Shown: positions 49,770 through 63,200 of the stretch, piece by piece
Layout of the letters: each line of letters starts with the position of its first letter
How positions within the stretch are numbered: the stretch's first letter is position 1
Assembly: GCF_036321535.1 (NCBI RefSeq)
Contig: NC_087437.1
Coordinates: forward strand, 70,310,001 to 70,374,000
Direction of reading: 5' to 3'
DNA: 64,000 nt
DNA from: Camelus dromedarius
Lineage: Eukaryota
Made by a program: the position numbers and the translations under genes
Notes under the pieces: model-generated
Told to the model about the DNA's origin: nothing
The model's input: only the letters and a program-made list of their open reading frames with translations
The model's database searches: none

Positions 49770-50950
49770 CCTCCGTTGGCGCCCTGCTGCTCCCAGCACC
49801 TGTTGGCAAGCAGATCGCGCCTCCTCCTAACACTGGGTCAGGTGCAGCTCTCCTCTGCTGTGGGCGGGCGGGTCGCTGCCCCTCTGGATGCCACAGTCAG
49901 ATGTTGCAGACTGGCCGGGTAGGAGGGCGGGTCATGCCCCCTCCCAGCACCTCGGTCAGGGGCTGTGTTCCTGCACGAAAGGCGCGGGGCCGCTCTGGCT
50001 CTACCTGCGCCGCCGGTAGCTCCGCTGCTCTGTGCGGCTGCGCGCTCCGCCCTGGTCGGCGCTCCGCGGGTGGGCTCGGGGAAGACAGAGGGACAGCCTT
50101 GTCCCTGCTCCCAGCCAGAACCCCGCTCTTTGTTTGTCTTTGTGGAGCAAGTTCTCTGAGGGACGAGGACGGAAGGATCCTATCTGCCCCGGGCTGCAGG
50201 CCAGTCTCAGTCTGGCCTTTGAGGCTGCTAAGCCCTTCGGTGCGGATGCAGGTTTCGCCCCCGCCCCCGCCCCCGCCCCCGCCTGGGTGCTTAGCGCCGG
50301 AGAATATGGCGGCTGTGTCTGAGCCCCTCCTCTCTTCCCCCGAAAACTTTCCGCAGGTTTTCAGAGTTGGGTGTGTGCACCCTTCCCCCGGGAGCACATC
50401 AACCGTGCTGTTTTATGGAGGGCCCAGGTTGTTCTGCCCTGTGCACCCACAGCCACGCGCGCAGCCCCTTGCTTTCCCCTGGGGCTGCCTCCGTGCAGCC
50501 ACTTCCGTCCTCCGCCCGGCTTGTGCAGCCTGGCCCTGCCCGCGGCTGCCGGCCCGCGTCTCAGGCTGGGTGTCGGGGGTACGCTCTGTGCCCGTTTAGC
50601 TTAGTTCTGTCAGTCAAGGGCTGCTCTGTACAGATCCGAGCCTCGGAGGCTCCCCCTCCGTCCCGCTGGCCTCTCAGTTGGAGAGGGGAGACCCAGCGAG
50701 CGAGTGCCAGTCCTCCTTTGCCGCTCCCTCCCCGCGGGACCCGTCCCGCGCTGCTTTGCCTTTTGTTATCTTTTTTCCTTTTCTCCTACCAGATTTTTGG
50801 CGTCTTTATCTTTTGAAGAGGTCGATGTTCTGTCGGAGTTCCGCAGGTGCTCTGGTTGGCTGAGTGGGTCTGTAGATGTGGGTCTTGGTGTATTTGTGGG
50901 AGAGGGTGACCTGCGAGCGTCCTTCTACTCCGCCATCTTCTCCGTCTCTC
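49770..50950 (-). promoter_or_regulatory. L1 5'UTR CpG island / internal promoter
   Basis: The only strongly CpG-rich stretch in the window. YY1-type motif AAGATGGCGG (minus, 50930-50939) starts 12 nt from the 5' end, as in mammalian L1 promoters. Confidence 0.9.
50257..50280. repeat. (GCCCCC)4 GC-box array / G-quadruplex motif
   Basis: Directly visible. Minus strand reads (GGGGGC)4. Confidence 0.85.
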
Positions 50951-52429
50951 TTAGCTGTCTGTTTTTAAAAATTATTTTTAAAAAATGTAATGTTTATGTT
51001 GCTTTCAAATTACCCAGGTTATAGGACTGAGCCACATTAGGCTCTACCTCTCATTTAAAGTCTGAAGCTTGGAGAAAGTATGTGTGACACCTAGAAACAA
51101 AATTATTTACTGTTTACCTCTATAAATCAAAACCAGTACTGTCGATTAAGTGATTTTTTTTTTTTCTCACTAAGAAATAAAAGAAGGTGGATCTAGGCTG
51201 GCCAGCAGCAACATACCAATGTTTAGTCTTATATGACTTGAAACCTCTTGGAGGATATATCCTGAAAATAGGGCCCATACATTCAAGGAAGTAGAAATAA
51301 TTGAGGAGAAAGAAAGAGACAAGGAAAATGTAAAGTAAAACTGTATCTCAAAACTCCTCCTATATAGTTGATGACCTCTTCTTTTTCTGTTTCCAGCTAC
51401 CTCTTTATAATTTGTTTTAAGGAAGTTATAAACTCTCAGGGACTATATTTTCCAGGTTAAACTATGTTTTTTATGTTATTACATATGAAATGTGTTGATG
51501 TATTCTGATATCCTATAGAATTATAAGTCAAGATTTAAATATTGTTAATATGAGACTTATGAGTAGAAACAATATTTCCAAGCTAAGGCAAGGAGATAGA
51601 TATTTCTGGAAAGATGTAGCCAAAAACTTGGAAAACCAGAATTTCTAGAGACAGAAGTTAATGAAAAACTTTCAAATGACGTATCTTTAATTATATTCTC
51701 CCTTTGTGTTAACATCAAAAAGTTAGATTTAACTTTGGATTACAACACTTATGATCAAAGGCATTAGCCCCTACTTTTCAATAAGTTTTTGTTTGTTTGT
51801 TTGCAGAAATGTACTATCATGATAAAGCATGAGAAAGATACAGCTTCTTGATGTAGATCTCATGAACATTTTCAAATTTGCGAAAAAAATTACCTCTCAC
51901 TTGCAGAATAAACTCTCTGAAAAAAATAAAAGCTTTGTATTCTCATAATCTTGTATGAGTTATAGCTTTTTCCCCTTAGAAAATAGAGAGGGAGACCTTC
52001 CACACTACTAACTACACAATTTCACTGTTAAATATTCAAACGTTTGTGCCTGTTTTAAAGATATGATAACATGGGGCAAGAAGAACTGATTTCTCCATAA
52101 GGAGTATATAGTCACTTGAATTTATTTAGGTCCTAAGTTACAAATCATTTTTGTGTGCCTTGCTAATCATCTTGTCAATAAATTATCAATTCCAATAAAA
52201 AATGTAAAAAATTCTCCTATGTAAATTTCCTGGTGGACTTAAATGTTGGTCATCATTTTCTTTGGCATGAAAATTCTTCCAAAATAATTCTCAGAAAAAG
52301 GTACAATCCAATTTATAGTATTTGCATTCTCTTTTTGTCCATTTTCCATAGAATTGCATAAAATCATTTGATTCTGTCATCTCCTTGTCTTAACTTTGTT
52401 CTAGTTCTGCAACTGTTTTTCAGTTGTGA

Positions 52430-52650
52430 AAAATCACAAAGTGAACCAAGAACTGGACTTACAGTCAGAAACCAGAGGTTTGGCTTTGACACTATTATTT
52501 ATTAACTGTGACATAAACTGATCAAATAATCTAATTTATATGAGCCTCATTTTCATTCCTGCTAAAATGAGAATAGTAGTGTTTGCTTGTATGGTAATGA
52601 TGGATTTCAAGGCAGAGAGAAGAGATGATGAATATGAAATAGCTTTACAA
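52430..52650 (+). mobile_element. MIR SINE
   Basis: aagaactggacttacagtcagaaacc...taactgtgac...tgagcctcattttcattcctgctaaaatgagaatagtag. Confidence 0.75.
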
Positions 52651-52864
52651 ATTTTGGGGGGAATACACATATATTTAATATTTTCCCAAAATAAATGTCA
52701 GCTTTTGCAAGAGAAGTTAAAAAGCCCATTGAACTCGAGGTTGTACTTTTTTTTTCTTTTCAAATAGAATTAGTTTTTATTCAATTATTTGTTTCAATTG
52801 CCTGGAGTCAGGGCCAGTTGAGAGCATATTATGCCTAGGAGATCTTTGGATCTAAAGCTACATG

Positions 52865-53305
52865 TTTCTTTTTTTTTTTTCCCACAGTTTATATTGAAAT
52901 GCAATGTACATAGCATACAATTCACCTATTTAAAGTATATGTTCAATTTATTGTAGTTTATTCACAATGCTGTGCAACCAATACCACAATCTAATTTTGG
53001 AATGTTTTCATCCCTTCTAAAACAAATTCCATACCTCTTAAGAGTCATTTCCCATTTTTCCCCCCTCAGCGCTATACAGCCATTAATCTACTTTCTATCT
53101 TTATAGATTTTGGCATTTCTTAAAAATGGAATAATCCAATATATGGTATTTGGTGACTGCTTCCACTTAGCATAATTTTTTCAAGGTTCATCTATGTTGT
53201 GGCATATATTAGTTCATTTTTTTTTTATTACCAAATACTATTTTACTAAATGAATATACCACCTTTTACTTACCCATGTATCAACTGATGGACAATTATG
53301 TTGTA
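52865..53305 (-). mobile_element. L1MB-like 3' end
   Basis: Poly(T), then cagttttatattgaaat...caattcacctatttaaagt...tgtgcaaccaataccacaatctaattttggaatgttttcatc. Confidence 0.85.
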
Positions 53306-53659
53306 CTTTTAATTTGATCTAGATATCTTTATCCTCCTTGAGTTAAATGCCTTTTCCCCATTATGCATCAGCATGGTCTTTAACTCTCAAAAATGCTTAT
53401 TCCCTTTACAGTAATCTGCTTCATACCAGTCAGTTCAAATAGTGTTCATTCTTTTAATGGGACTTTTGAATAAAGGAAATACTTAAGTAAAAAAATAAAG
53501 GTTCAGAAATAATAACTGATGTTATAAAGAATTGGGTACTCTTATCTGCCATCTGGTGCCTATTAACTTACCCTTGCTTATGCCAGTAGTTGGAGGATTC
53601 AACTCCCCCTGAAATATATTTCAAAGCAAAAATTAATATTTGAAAGAAATGAGCTTCTC

Positions 53660-54250
53660 ACACTGATGCTCATAAATTTTTTAAAATGCAAATCTGATCA
53701 TGACACCCTTCTACCTGGAAGCATGTTCTCTTTGTGCTCAAGGTAAACACAAATCCTTATATTGTCCTCATATATTTAACCACAAACTACTTCATCAATT
53801 TTATTTTCATTCTCTCCTCACTGAGTGTTTTACACTTTAGCCTTACCAAATTTTTTGCCACTTCTCATAAACACACCATGTACCTCCATGCCTCATAGCA
53901 CATGATGCCTCCTCTGCCTAAAATGTCATTTTCTCCCCTTGCCATGTAGTCAAATTATAGTAATTAAAAAAAATCCAGCTGAAACATCACCTCCTCTATG
54001 AAGTCTTCCATGATTCTCCCAGGAAAGTTAAACTCCATTTCAGTTTACTGTCAGAGCACATGCTTCTAGAATAAGACCCAGTACTTTATAAAATGACAAT
54101 TTGTGTATGTGTCTACTTATTCCGACAGATTATAAGCAGAGACCCTGTCTTTTTCTTTCTTTTGTCTGCCACTTTTCAGTTTTTGGCACATGTCAGGCTC
54201 TGAATAAATATTTGTTGAATGAATGACTGAATGATTGAGTCAGTGAGTGA
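53660..54250 (+). mobile_element. L2 3' end
   Basis: aaatgcaaatctgatcatg...catcacctcctctatgaagtcttccatga...ggcacatgtcaggctctgaataaatatttgttgaatgaatga. Confidence 0.9.
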
Positions 54251-54464
54251 GTCATTTAACACTTTGTCAGGCCACACTACTTGAAGTAAAAAACAACTAC
54301 TTTTGAAAAGCAATCACCATTGCACAAAATACTTATTAAATGGGAAAAAGAACAACTTTTTAATCTCAGACAATAGTAGATTGACAACTGCAGATTCCAC
54401 GTATCATCAGGAAAACATCCACAGCTTAGCAAGATTAAATATTTCAGTTGTTAGCTTTGAGAAG

Positions 54465-55015
54465 AATCATAGAAACATATGGTAAAATTGCTCTTAAGTG
54501 TGATCTAGTTCAACTCCTCACTTTTTGAATAAATGCCTCCAGTCTCCTTATTCTCAATAATATCTCGGGTGAGATATATCATGTGTGAGTAATTCTGATG
54601 TTAAGAAGTTATTATTTACTTTGAGTTGAAATCTATATCTAGTATTCTCAACCTATTATTTTAGTATATCGCTTGAGACTATACAGAGTAAATCTAATAT
54701 GAAGTTTTCAAATATTTGAAACCTTTCTTACTTTAATTATTCCTCCAATCCCATAAGTAGTAACATGCAATTCCCTTGATTCTTTCAACCATTTCTTGTC
54801 TTATAATTTTAGTCTTGCACCTTTCTTGTTCCCTTTCTTACAATATTATAGGAGTTCTAGGTCATTCTGTATCACAGTATTGATCATGTCATCTGATCAT
54901 TGCTGACAAGAGTGGGACTGTTATCTCTCTCATTCTTAGGTACAGTTATTCTGCTAGCGCTATTTAAGATTTAATCTGATTTTTATAAATGTCCATATCA
55001 CATACTTGACTCATT
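54465..55015 (-). mobile_element. CR1/L3 fragment
   Basis: agaatcatagaa...gatctagttcaactcc...gttaagaagtt...ttgagttgaaatct...agagtgggactgttatctc. Confidence 0.6.
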
Positions 55016-55670
55016 GACCTTACTGGAGATACTATCTTTTTCTATCTAAGGATACAGTAACAGGTCACTGAGATACTATCTAATAATAATGTTAGAGAAG
55101 AAGACGAGTCATCTTTAGTAAAGAAGGGAGAAAACAAACAAAGGGGTAAAAATTCTGTGAATTAAATATAAACACCATACAATGGCTAAAAACTGTTGAA
55201 AATATGCTTAAATTCCAAACTTAGATTTTGCCACTTTCATATTGCAGACATGTTAAGCAAATGTTGATAGTATTACAGTTTTCAGAACTACAATATAATT
55301 TAAATTTCAGTATTTTTAGCATTTCCTTTGAATATAGCACAATGTTAATAGTTTATAAAAACATTTTTATGAGATCTGTGATTTATCTAATGTTGGATAC
55401 ATTCTTTATATTTAAAGATAAACTTGTTTCAGGAAAATATACCTTCAATTTTATAATAAAAATTCAAGGAAAAATATGATTTATATAGCAAAAATATATT
55501 AAAATAACTTTCCTGGGATGAGTTTAATCCATTACACAAGTAATGCATGTTATTTTCACTTTTTACTTTTTGAATATGTAGTAATTTACTAAGTATGTGC
55601 AGTATATTTACTAATGTGACTGGTTGTGTTTCCATCTATTTATTTGTGATATGTAACTTTCTGTTTAGTT

Positions 55671-55697
55671 TATAAAGCCTATAAAGCCTATAAAGCC
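55671..55697. repeat. (TATAAAGCC)3 tandem repeat
   Basis: Directly visible. Confidence 0.9.
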
Positions 55698-56401
55698 AAG
55701 TCAGTTTTCTTCTTGTGTTGTATTACTTCTTCTAGTGTTTTATGGAGTTACAATGTAAATGAGGAACAAGCTTCGTTATTGAAAATTGTTAAGTGGGTTT
55801 GTGAGTACCACAGAATGTAAGGTGTGTAGTACTTGGCTTGCTATCTTAACAAATGCATTTTGGATTAGTATGCACTGGTGAACTCCCCTTAAAGCTTACA
55901 CAAATTTTCTTTGTAGGTCTTTGAATCTGTGACACTTATCATCATGTGTAAATTTAAGATTGGAAGTTTAATCTTGAAAAGCTGCTTATTTCTTTTTTAT
56001 AAACTTGCCTATAACTTGGTAATGTATGACTTTGTGAATGGTTCACACAGGTGCTTCATTGTTTGATTATAGCTAAATTTTCAATAAATTTAGAAAGTTT
56101 CTTAGGATAACTGAGTTAATTGTTTAAAAATGATTTTCAACTCATTTGTGCTGTTTAGAAATTAAAATGAAATTCTATGTGTTAAAGTAACAAAGAATAA
56201 ATGTTTCTAGTGGTTATATTTGTTTAAAAAATAACACTCAAAGCAAAATTTAAAGAAATAATCACATCTAAGTACAGTTATGTGTTTTTTATACTAATCT
56301 ATTAGTCACTGCTTAAAACCCCTTTCTCATTGCAGATTAAATCATTCAGCGTATTCATACTTCTACTTAAAGCCTCTGCCTTGTATGTGTTTCAGCTCCA
56401 A

Positions 56402-56486
56402 ATTTTTTGTTATTTTTTTAAATTGAAGTATAGTCGGTTTACAATGGTGTGTTAATTTCTGGTGTACAGCATAGTGATCCAGTTAA

Positions 56487-56522
<36 letters not shown>

Positions 56523-59500
56523 GATACATGTATATTCCTTTTTGTATTCTTTTTCATTATAGGCTATTATAAAATATTGAATATATTTCCATGTGCTATA
56601 CAGTAGGACATTGTTGTTTATCTGTTTTATATATTGTGGTTAGTATCTGCAAATCCTGAACTTCCAATTTATTTCTCCAGCTCCCCTTTCCCCACTTGTA
56701 ACCATCAGTTTGTTTTCTATGTCTGTGAGTCTGTTTCTGTTTTGTAAATAAGTTCATTTGTGTCATTGTTTTAGATTCCACATATAAGTGATATCATATA
56801 GTACTTTTCTTTTTCTAATCTACTTCACTTAGTATAATGGTCTCCAGGTCCATCCATGTTGCTGCAAATGGCATTATTTTATTTTTTTTTTTTTATGGCT
56901 CAGTAGTATGTGTGTGTGTGTGTATATATATCTCACAACTTTTTTAACCAGTCATCTGTAGATGGACATTTTGGTAGCTTCCATGTCTTAGCTATTGTAA
57001 ATATTGCTGCAATGAACATTGGGGTGCATGTATCTCTTAAAATTAGAGTTTCCTCCAGATATATGCTCAGGATTGGGATTGCTGGATCCCATGGTTAATT
57101 TATTTTTGGTTTTTTAAGGAATCTCCATACTGTTTTCCATAATAGCTCCAACAAACTACATTCCCACCGACAATGTGAGAGGGTTCACTTTTCTCCACAC
57201 CCTTTCTAGCATTTATTGTTTATAGACTTTTGAATGATGGCCATTCTGACTGGTGTGAGGTGATGCCTCATTGTAGTTTTGATTTGCATTTCTCTAATAA
57301 TTAGCAATATTGAGCATTTTTTTTCATGTGTGTATTGGCAGTTTGTATGTCATCACTGGAGAAATATTTAGGCCTTCTGCCCATTTTTTGATAAGGTTTT
57401 TTTTTGTTGTTGTTGTTATTTTTGTTTTTGTTATGAGCTGTTTGTATACTCTGGAAGTTAAGCCCTTGTCAGTGCATTGTTTGCACATATTTTCTCCCAT
57501 TCCATAGGTTGTCTTTTTGTTTTGTTTATAGTTTCCTTTGCTATGCAAAAGCAAAGAGAATGCTTTGCCTATGTTTTCTTCTAGGAGGTTTATGGTGTCT
57601 TATCTTATGTTTAAGTCTTTAAGCCATTTTGAGTTTATTTTTGTGTATAGTGTGAGGGAGTGTTCTAACTTTATTGATTTATATGTGGCTGTCCAGCTTT
57701 CCCAACACTACTTGCCAAAGAGACTGTCTTTTCTCCATTGCATATTCTTGCCTCCTTTGTTTAAGATTAATTGGCCGTAGGTGTATGGGTTTATTTCTGG
57801 GCTCTCTTTTCTTTTCCATTGATCCATATGTTTGTTTTTGTGCCAATACTATACTGTTTTGATTACTGTAGCTCTGTAGTATTATCTGAAGTCTGGGAGG
57901 GTTATTCCTCCAGCTTTGTTCTTTTTCTTCAGTGTTGCTTAGGCAATTCTGGGTCCTTTGTGATTCCATATATTTGTTCTAGTTCTGTGAAAAATATCCT
58001 GGGTAATTCGATAGGGATTGTATTAAATCTATAGATTGCTTTCGGTAGTAGGTCCAGTCCAAGAGCATGGGATATCTTTCTATTTCTTTAAATAATTTTC
58101 AGTGTCCTCAGTCAGTGTTTATAGTTCTCTACATGTAAGTCTTTCACCTCCTTGTTCAAGATTATTACTAAGTTTTTTTTAATGTGATTTTAAAAGGGAT
58201 TTCATTTTTTTTTTTTTTACTTTGCTTTTCTATCATTGTTTGTGTAAAGAAATGAAACACATTTCTTATGATAGTCTTGTATCCTGCTACCTTGCTGAAT
58301 TTGTTTATCAGTTCTAGTAGTTTTTGCATGGGATCTTTAGGGTTTTTTATATATAGTATCATGTTATTTGCATATAATGACAATTTTACCTCCTCTGTTC
58401 CAATTTAAATCCCTTTTCTCTTTCTTGTCTGATTGCTATGGCTAGGACTTCCAATACTAAGTTTAATAGAAGTGGTGAGAGTGGGCATCCTTGTGTTGTT
58501 CCAGATTTTAGCAGGAAGGCTTTCAACTTTTCACCATTGAGTATTATGTTGGCTGTGAGTTTGTCATTAATATCTTTTATTATGCTGAATGGGTATGTTC
58601 CCTCTATACCCACTTTAGTAAGTTTTTATCATTAATGGATATTAAATTTTATCAAATGCTTTTTCTGCCTCTATTGAGATGATCATGTGATTTTTGTCCT
58701 TTCTCTTGTTGATCACGGTGCATCACGTTGATTGATTTACATATGTTGAATGATCCTTGTGTCCCTTGGATGAATACAACTTCATTGTAGTATATACCCT
58801 TTTTTATTTGTTGTTGGATTTGGTTTGCTATTTTTTTTTTGAGAATTTTTGCATCTATGTTTATCAAAGATATTGGATTGTAATTTTATTTTTTAGTAGT
58901 GTCTTGGTCTGGTTTTGGTATCAGGATGACGGTGGCTTCATAGAATGAGTTTGGGAGTGTTCCCTTCTCTTCATTCTTTTGGAAGAGTTTGAGAAGGATT
59001 GGTATATGTTCTTCTTTGTATGTTTGATAGAATTCCACATTGAAGCCATCTGGTCCTGGACTTTTGTTTGCAGGGAGGTTTTTTATTGCTGATTCTATTT
59101 CACTTCTAGTGATTGATCTGTTCCAATGATCTATTTCTTTTTGATTCGGTTTTGGTGGACTGTATGTTTCTAGAAACTTGTCCACTTCTGAGTTGTCGAA
59201 TTTATGGCCATATAGTTGTTCATAGTATTCCCTTAGGTTTTTGGTATTTCTGTGGTGTTGGTTGTAATTTCTTCACTTTCATTTCCTGTTTTGTTTATTT
59301 GTGTCCTTTCTCTTTTCTCCTGGGTTAGCCTGGACAGAGGTTTGTCAATTTTGTTTACTTTTTCCAAAAAACCCAGCTCTTGGTTTGATTGATTTTTTTC
59401 TATTTTTTAAATCTTTATTTTATGTATTTCTTCCCTGATATTTATTATTTCTTTCCTTCTGCTGACTTTAGGTTTTGTTTATTCTTCTTTTTCTAATTCT

Positions 59501-59660
59501 TTTAGGTGGTCAGTTAGGTTATTTATTTGACATTGTTCTTTTTTGAGGAAGGCCTCTATCGCTATGAACTTCCCTCTTAGGACTGTTTTTGCTGTATCCC
59601 ATAGATTTTGTGTGGTTGTGTTTTCACTGTCTTTTTTCTCAAGGTATTTTTTAATTTCCA
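56402..59660 (-). mobile_element. 5'-truncated lineage-specific LINE-1 (3'UTR plus most of ORF2, decayed)
   Basis: Minus ORFs from 57324 to 59661 are colinear ORF2 pieces ([25 protein letters not shown]). Internal deletions at about 57552 and 58052. Confidence 0.97.
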
Positions 59661-60251
59661 ATTTTTTTTTAGAATGTTTTAGCTCCAGGAATTCTTAAAA
59701 GAGTCTTTTTATTTTAAACCATAAGCTGTGTCTCAGTTGTGAAAGGCCTATTAGGTGAATTAAAATTCATGGTATTAGATAAATGTAGGTTTAACAACAC
59801 TCTGTGTTTGTCATTAGTAAGAACTCAATAAATAGTAATTATTGTAACTGTATATCATTATCACATCAAATTTCTCTGTATCATCAATTTGAATTAGTAA
59901 CTCCTCTGTTCCTTAAAGATTGTTCTGAATGTAGCTCTTGTTTCATTGTAAAACTAGTTTCATTCCTTCAGTTATGAAGATGAGTTTTATTTTGGATTGC
60001 TTCCTGCTAATCTTAGGGAATATTCTTAGTTTACTTTTCGTGCATTCATGATAAGTTCTCTGAGGGATTAGAGTTCTTCGAAAGTATTATTTTTTTTTTA
60101 TTCTCTTAGTCAAATTGGAAAAAAGAAAGTTGTTTCTATTTTTTCAGTCCTATGCCTACCAGGGTGATTGCCCCATTAATTCTGTGTTTGTTTTTTTGGA
60201 AGGGCAAGAACAAGTAAAAAGTTAAAATGTTTTTCTGCCATTTTCCCCATT

Positions 60252-63200
60252 ATATTTTTATTGTGGTGAAATAGACATAATATTCACCATCTTAACCATT
60301 TGTAAGTAGCAATCATATTGTCGTGCAGCCACCATCATCATTCATCTCCAGAAGTCTTTTCATCTTGAGAGAATGAACCTATACACATCAAACAGTAACT
60401 CCCATTATCTTCTCTCACTCTATTCCCCTGGAAACCATCATTCTACTTTTTGTCTCTGATTTTGACTCCTCCAAACACCTCAAATAAGTGGAATCATACA
60501 ATATTTGTCTTTTTATTGGGTTGATCTATGTCACTTAGCATAATATTCTCAAAGTTCATCTATGTTATAGCATATGTGAGAATTTCCTTCCTTAAAAAAG
60601 GCTGAATAATATTGCATTGTATGTATGTACTACATTTTGCTTATTCATTCGTCTATCCATGAACACTTGGGTTTCTTCTGTTTTAGATATTGGGAATAAT
60701 GTTGTTGTGAGCATGGGTATACAAATACCTCTTTGAGACTTAGTTTTCAATTCTTTTTAGTATATACCCAGAAATGGAATTGCTGGGTCATATGTTAATT
60801 GTATTTTTAATTTTTGGAGGAACTGCTATGTGGTTTCACACAGTGCTATGACATTTTACATTCCCACCAGTCCTTTACAGGTGTTCTAATTTTTCCATAT
60901 CCTGTCAACATTTGTTATTTTCTGTTTTTTTTTTATAGTAGCCATTCTAATGCATTTGAGGTGGTATCTCATTGTAGTTTTGATTTGCATTTCCTTAATG
61001 ATTAATGATGTTGATCATCTGCTCATGTGTTAATTGGCTATTTGTATATCTTCTTTTGAGAAATGTCTATTGAAGATTTTTGCCCATTTTTGAATCAGGA
61101 TTTTTGGGGTTTTGTTGTAGTTGAGTTTTAGATGTTTTTTATATATTCTAGATATCAATCCCTTATCAGATATATGATTTGCAAATATTTTCTACTATTA
61201 TGTGTTCCTTTTTTACTCTGTTAATAGTATCTTTTGAAGTACAATTTAAAAAAAAATTTTTATGAAATCCAGCTCATCTACTTTTTCTTTTGTTGCCCAT
61301 TCCTTAGGTGTCATATTCAAGAAATCATTGCCAAATCCAATATTGTAAAGCTTTAGCCTATGTTTTCTTCTAAGAGTTTTATAGTTTCAGGTCTTGCATT
61401 CAAGTGATGGATTCATTTTGACTTAATTTTTATATATGGTATTAGATAAGGGTCCAACTTCATTCTTTTGTGTAGGAATATCCAGTTTTCCTAGCACCAT
61501 TTGTTGAAAAGACTGTCTTTTCCTCATTGAATGTTTTCAGCGTCCTTATTGAAAATCACATGACCATAATATGTGAGGATTTATTTCTGGACTCTCTATT
61601 TCATAGTTCTACATGTCTTCATGTCATTGCCACACTCTTTTGAATACTGTAACTTTTTAGTAAGTTTTGAAATAAGGATATATGAGTCCTCCAGCTTTGT
61701 TCTTCTTTTTTGGTATTGTTTTGGCTCTTCAGGAATCCTTGAGATTCCGTATCAATTTTAATATGTGCTTTTCTTTTTCTGAAAAAAAATCATTGTTATT
61801 TTGATAGGGATTAGATTAAGTATATAGGTCACTGTGAGGAGTGTTAAAATTTTAACCATATCAAGTCTTTCAATCCACAAACATGAAATTTATGTCTCTA
61901 AGTTTCTTTCTGAAACGTTTTTTAGTTTTCATGTACAAGTCTTTTACCATCTGGATTAATTCCTAAGTATTTTATTCTTTTTGATGTTATTGTAGATGGA
62001 ATTATTTTCTTGATTTCCTTTTTAGGGAACTAAATTTTTGTATGTTGATTTTGTTTCTTGCTACTTTGCTGAATTTATTTGTTAGTTATAACTCTGTGTG
62101 TGTGTGTGTGTGTTCATATGTATAATCTTTAGGATTTTCTGCATATAAGATCATATCATCTGTGAACAGAGATAATTTTACTTCTTCCTTTCTAATTTGG
62201 ATGTCTTTTATTATTTTTCTTGCCTAATTGCTCTGGCTAGGATTTCCAGTACTATGTTGAGTAGAAGTGGCAAAAGTGGGCATTACTGCTTGTTTACCTT
62301 TCACCATTGAGTGCGATGGTCACTGTGAGTTTTTCATCCTATTCCTATTCCAAAAGTGTTCTGAATTTTATCAAATAAATTTTCTGCATCAATGAAGATG
62401 ATCATGTATTTATTTCCCCTTCATTCTGTTAATATGATGTATTACATTGATTGATTTTCATATGTTGAAATATATATATATATATATATATTTCTCACTT
62501 GGTCAAGGGTATATCTCACTTGGTCATGATGTGTAGTTCTTCCAATATTCTGCTGAATTAAGTTTGCTAGTGTTTTGTTGAAGGTTTTTGCATCAATATT
62601 CTTAAGAGATATTGATCTGTAATCTTCTTTTCTTGTAGTATAATTGTCTAGCTTTGGTATTAATAATGGTGCCATACCATGAGCTAGGGAGTGTTCCCAC
62701 TTCTTCAATCTTTTCATAAAATTTTGAGAAAGAATGGTGTTAGTTCTTTAAATTTTTTGTACAATTAACCAGTGAAGGCATCAGATCCAGAGCTTTCTTT
62801 TGTTGGGAAATTTTTGATTACTCATTCAATATCCTTACTAGTTGTAGGTCTATTCATCTTTTCTGTTTCTTCAGGCTTTAGTCCTGGGAGGTTTTGTTTT
62901 TCTTGAAATTTGTCCGTTTCATCCAAGGATATCCACTTTTTTTTAGCATACAGTTGCTCATAGTACTCTCCTATAATCTTTTTTTATGTCTATAGAATCA
63001 GTAGTAATGTTCCCACTTTAATGTGTGATTTTAGTTATTTGAATTGTCTCTTTTTTCTTAACTCATCTGTCTAAAAATTTGTCAATTTTGTTGATTTTTT
63101 TTCAAAGAACCAACTTTAGGCTTTGTTGATTTTTTCTATCATTCCCTATTCTCTATTTTTTATATCTCTGCTCTAATCTTTATAATTTCCTTTCTTCTGC

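Larger units (their letters stand above)
43857..50950 (-). mobile_element. Full-length (~7.1 kb) young LINE-1, inactivated
   Basis: Perfect 16-bp TSD TTAGCTGTCTGTTTTT (43841-43856, 50951-50966). Endonuclease site TTTTT/AAAA at 50966/50967. AATAAA at 43868-43873 (minus). CpG-rich 5'UTR, ORF1, ~400-nt spacer and ORF2. Confidence 0.99.
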
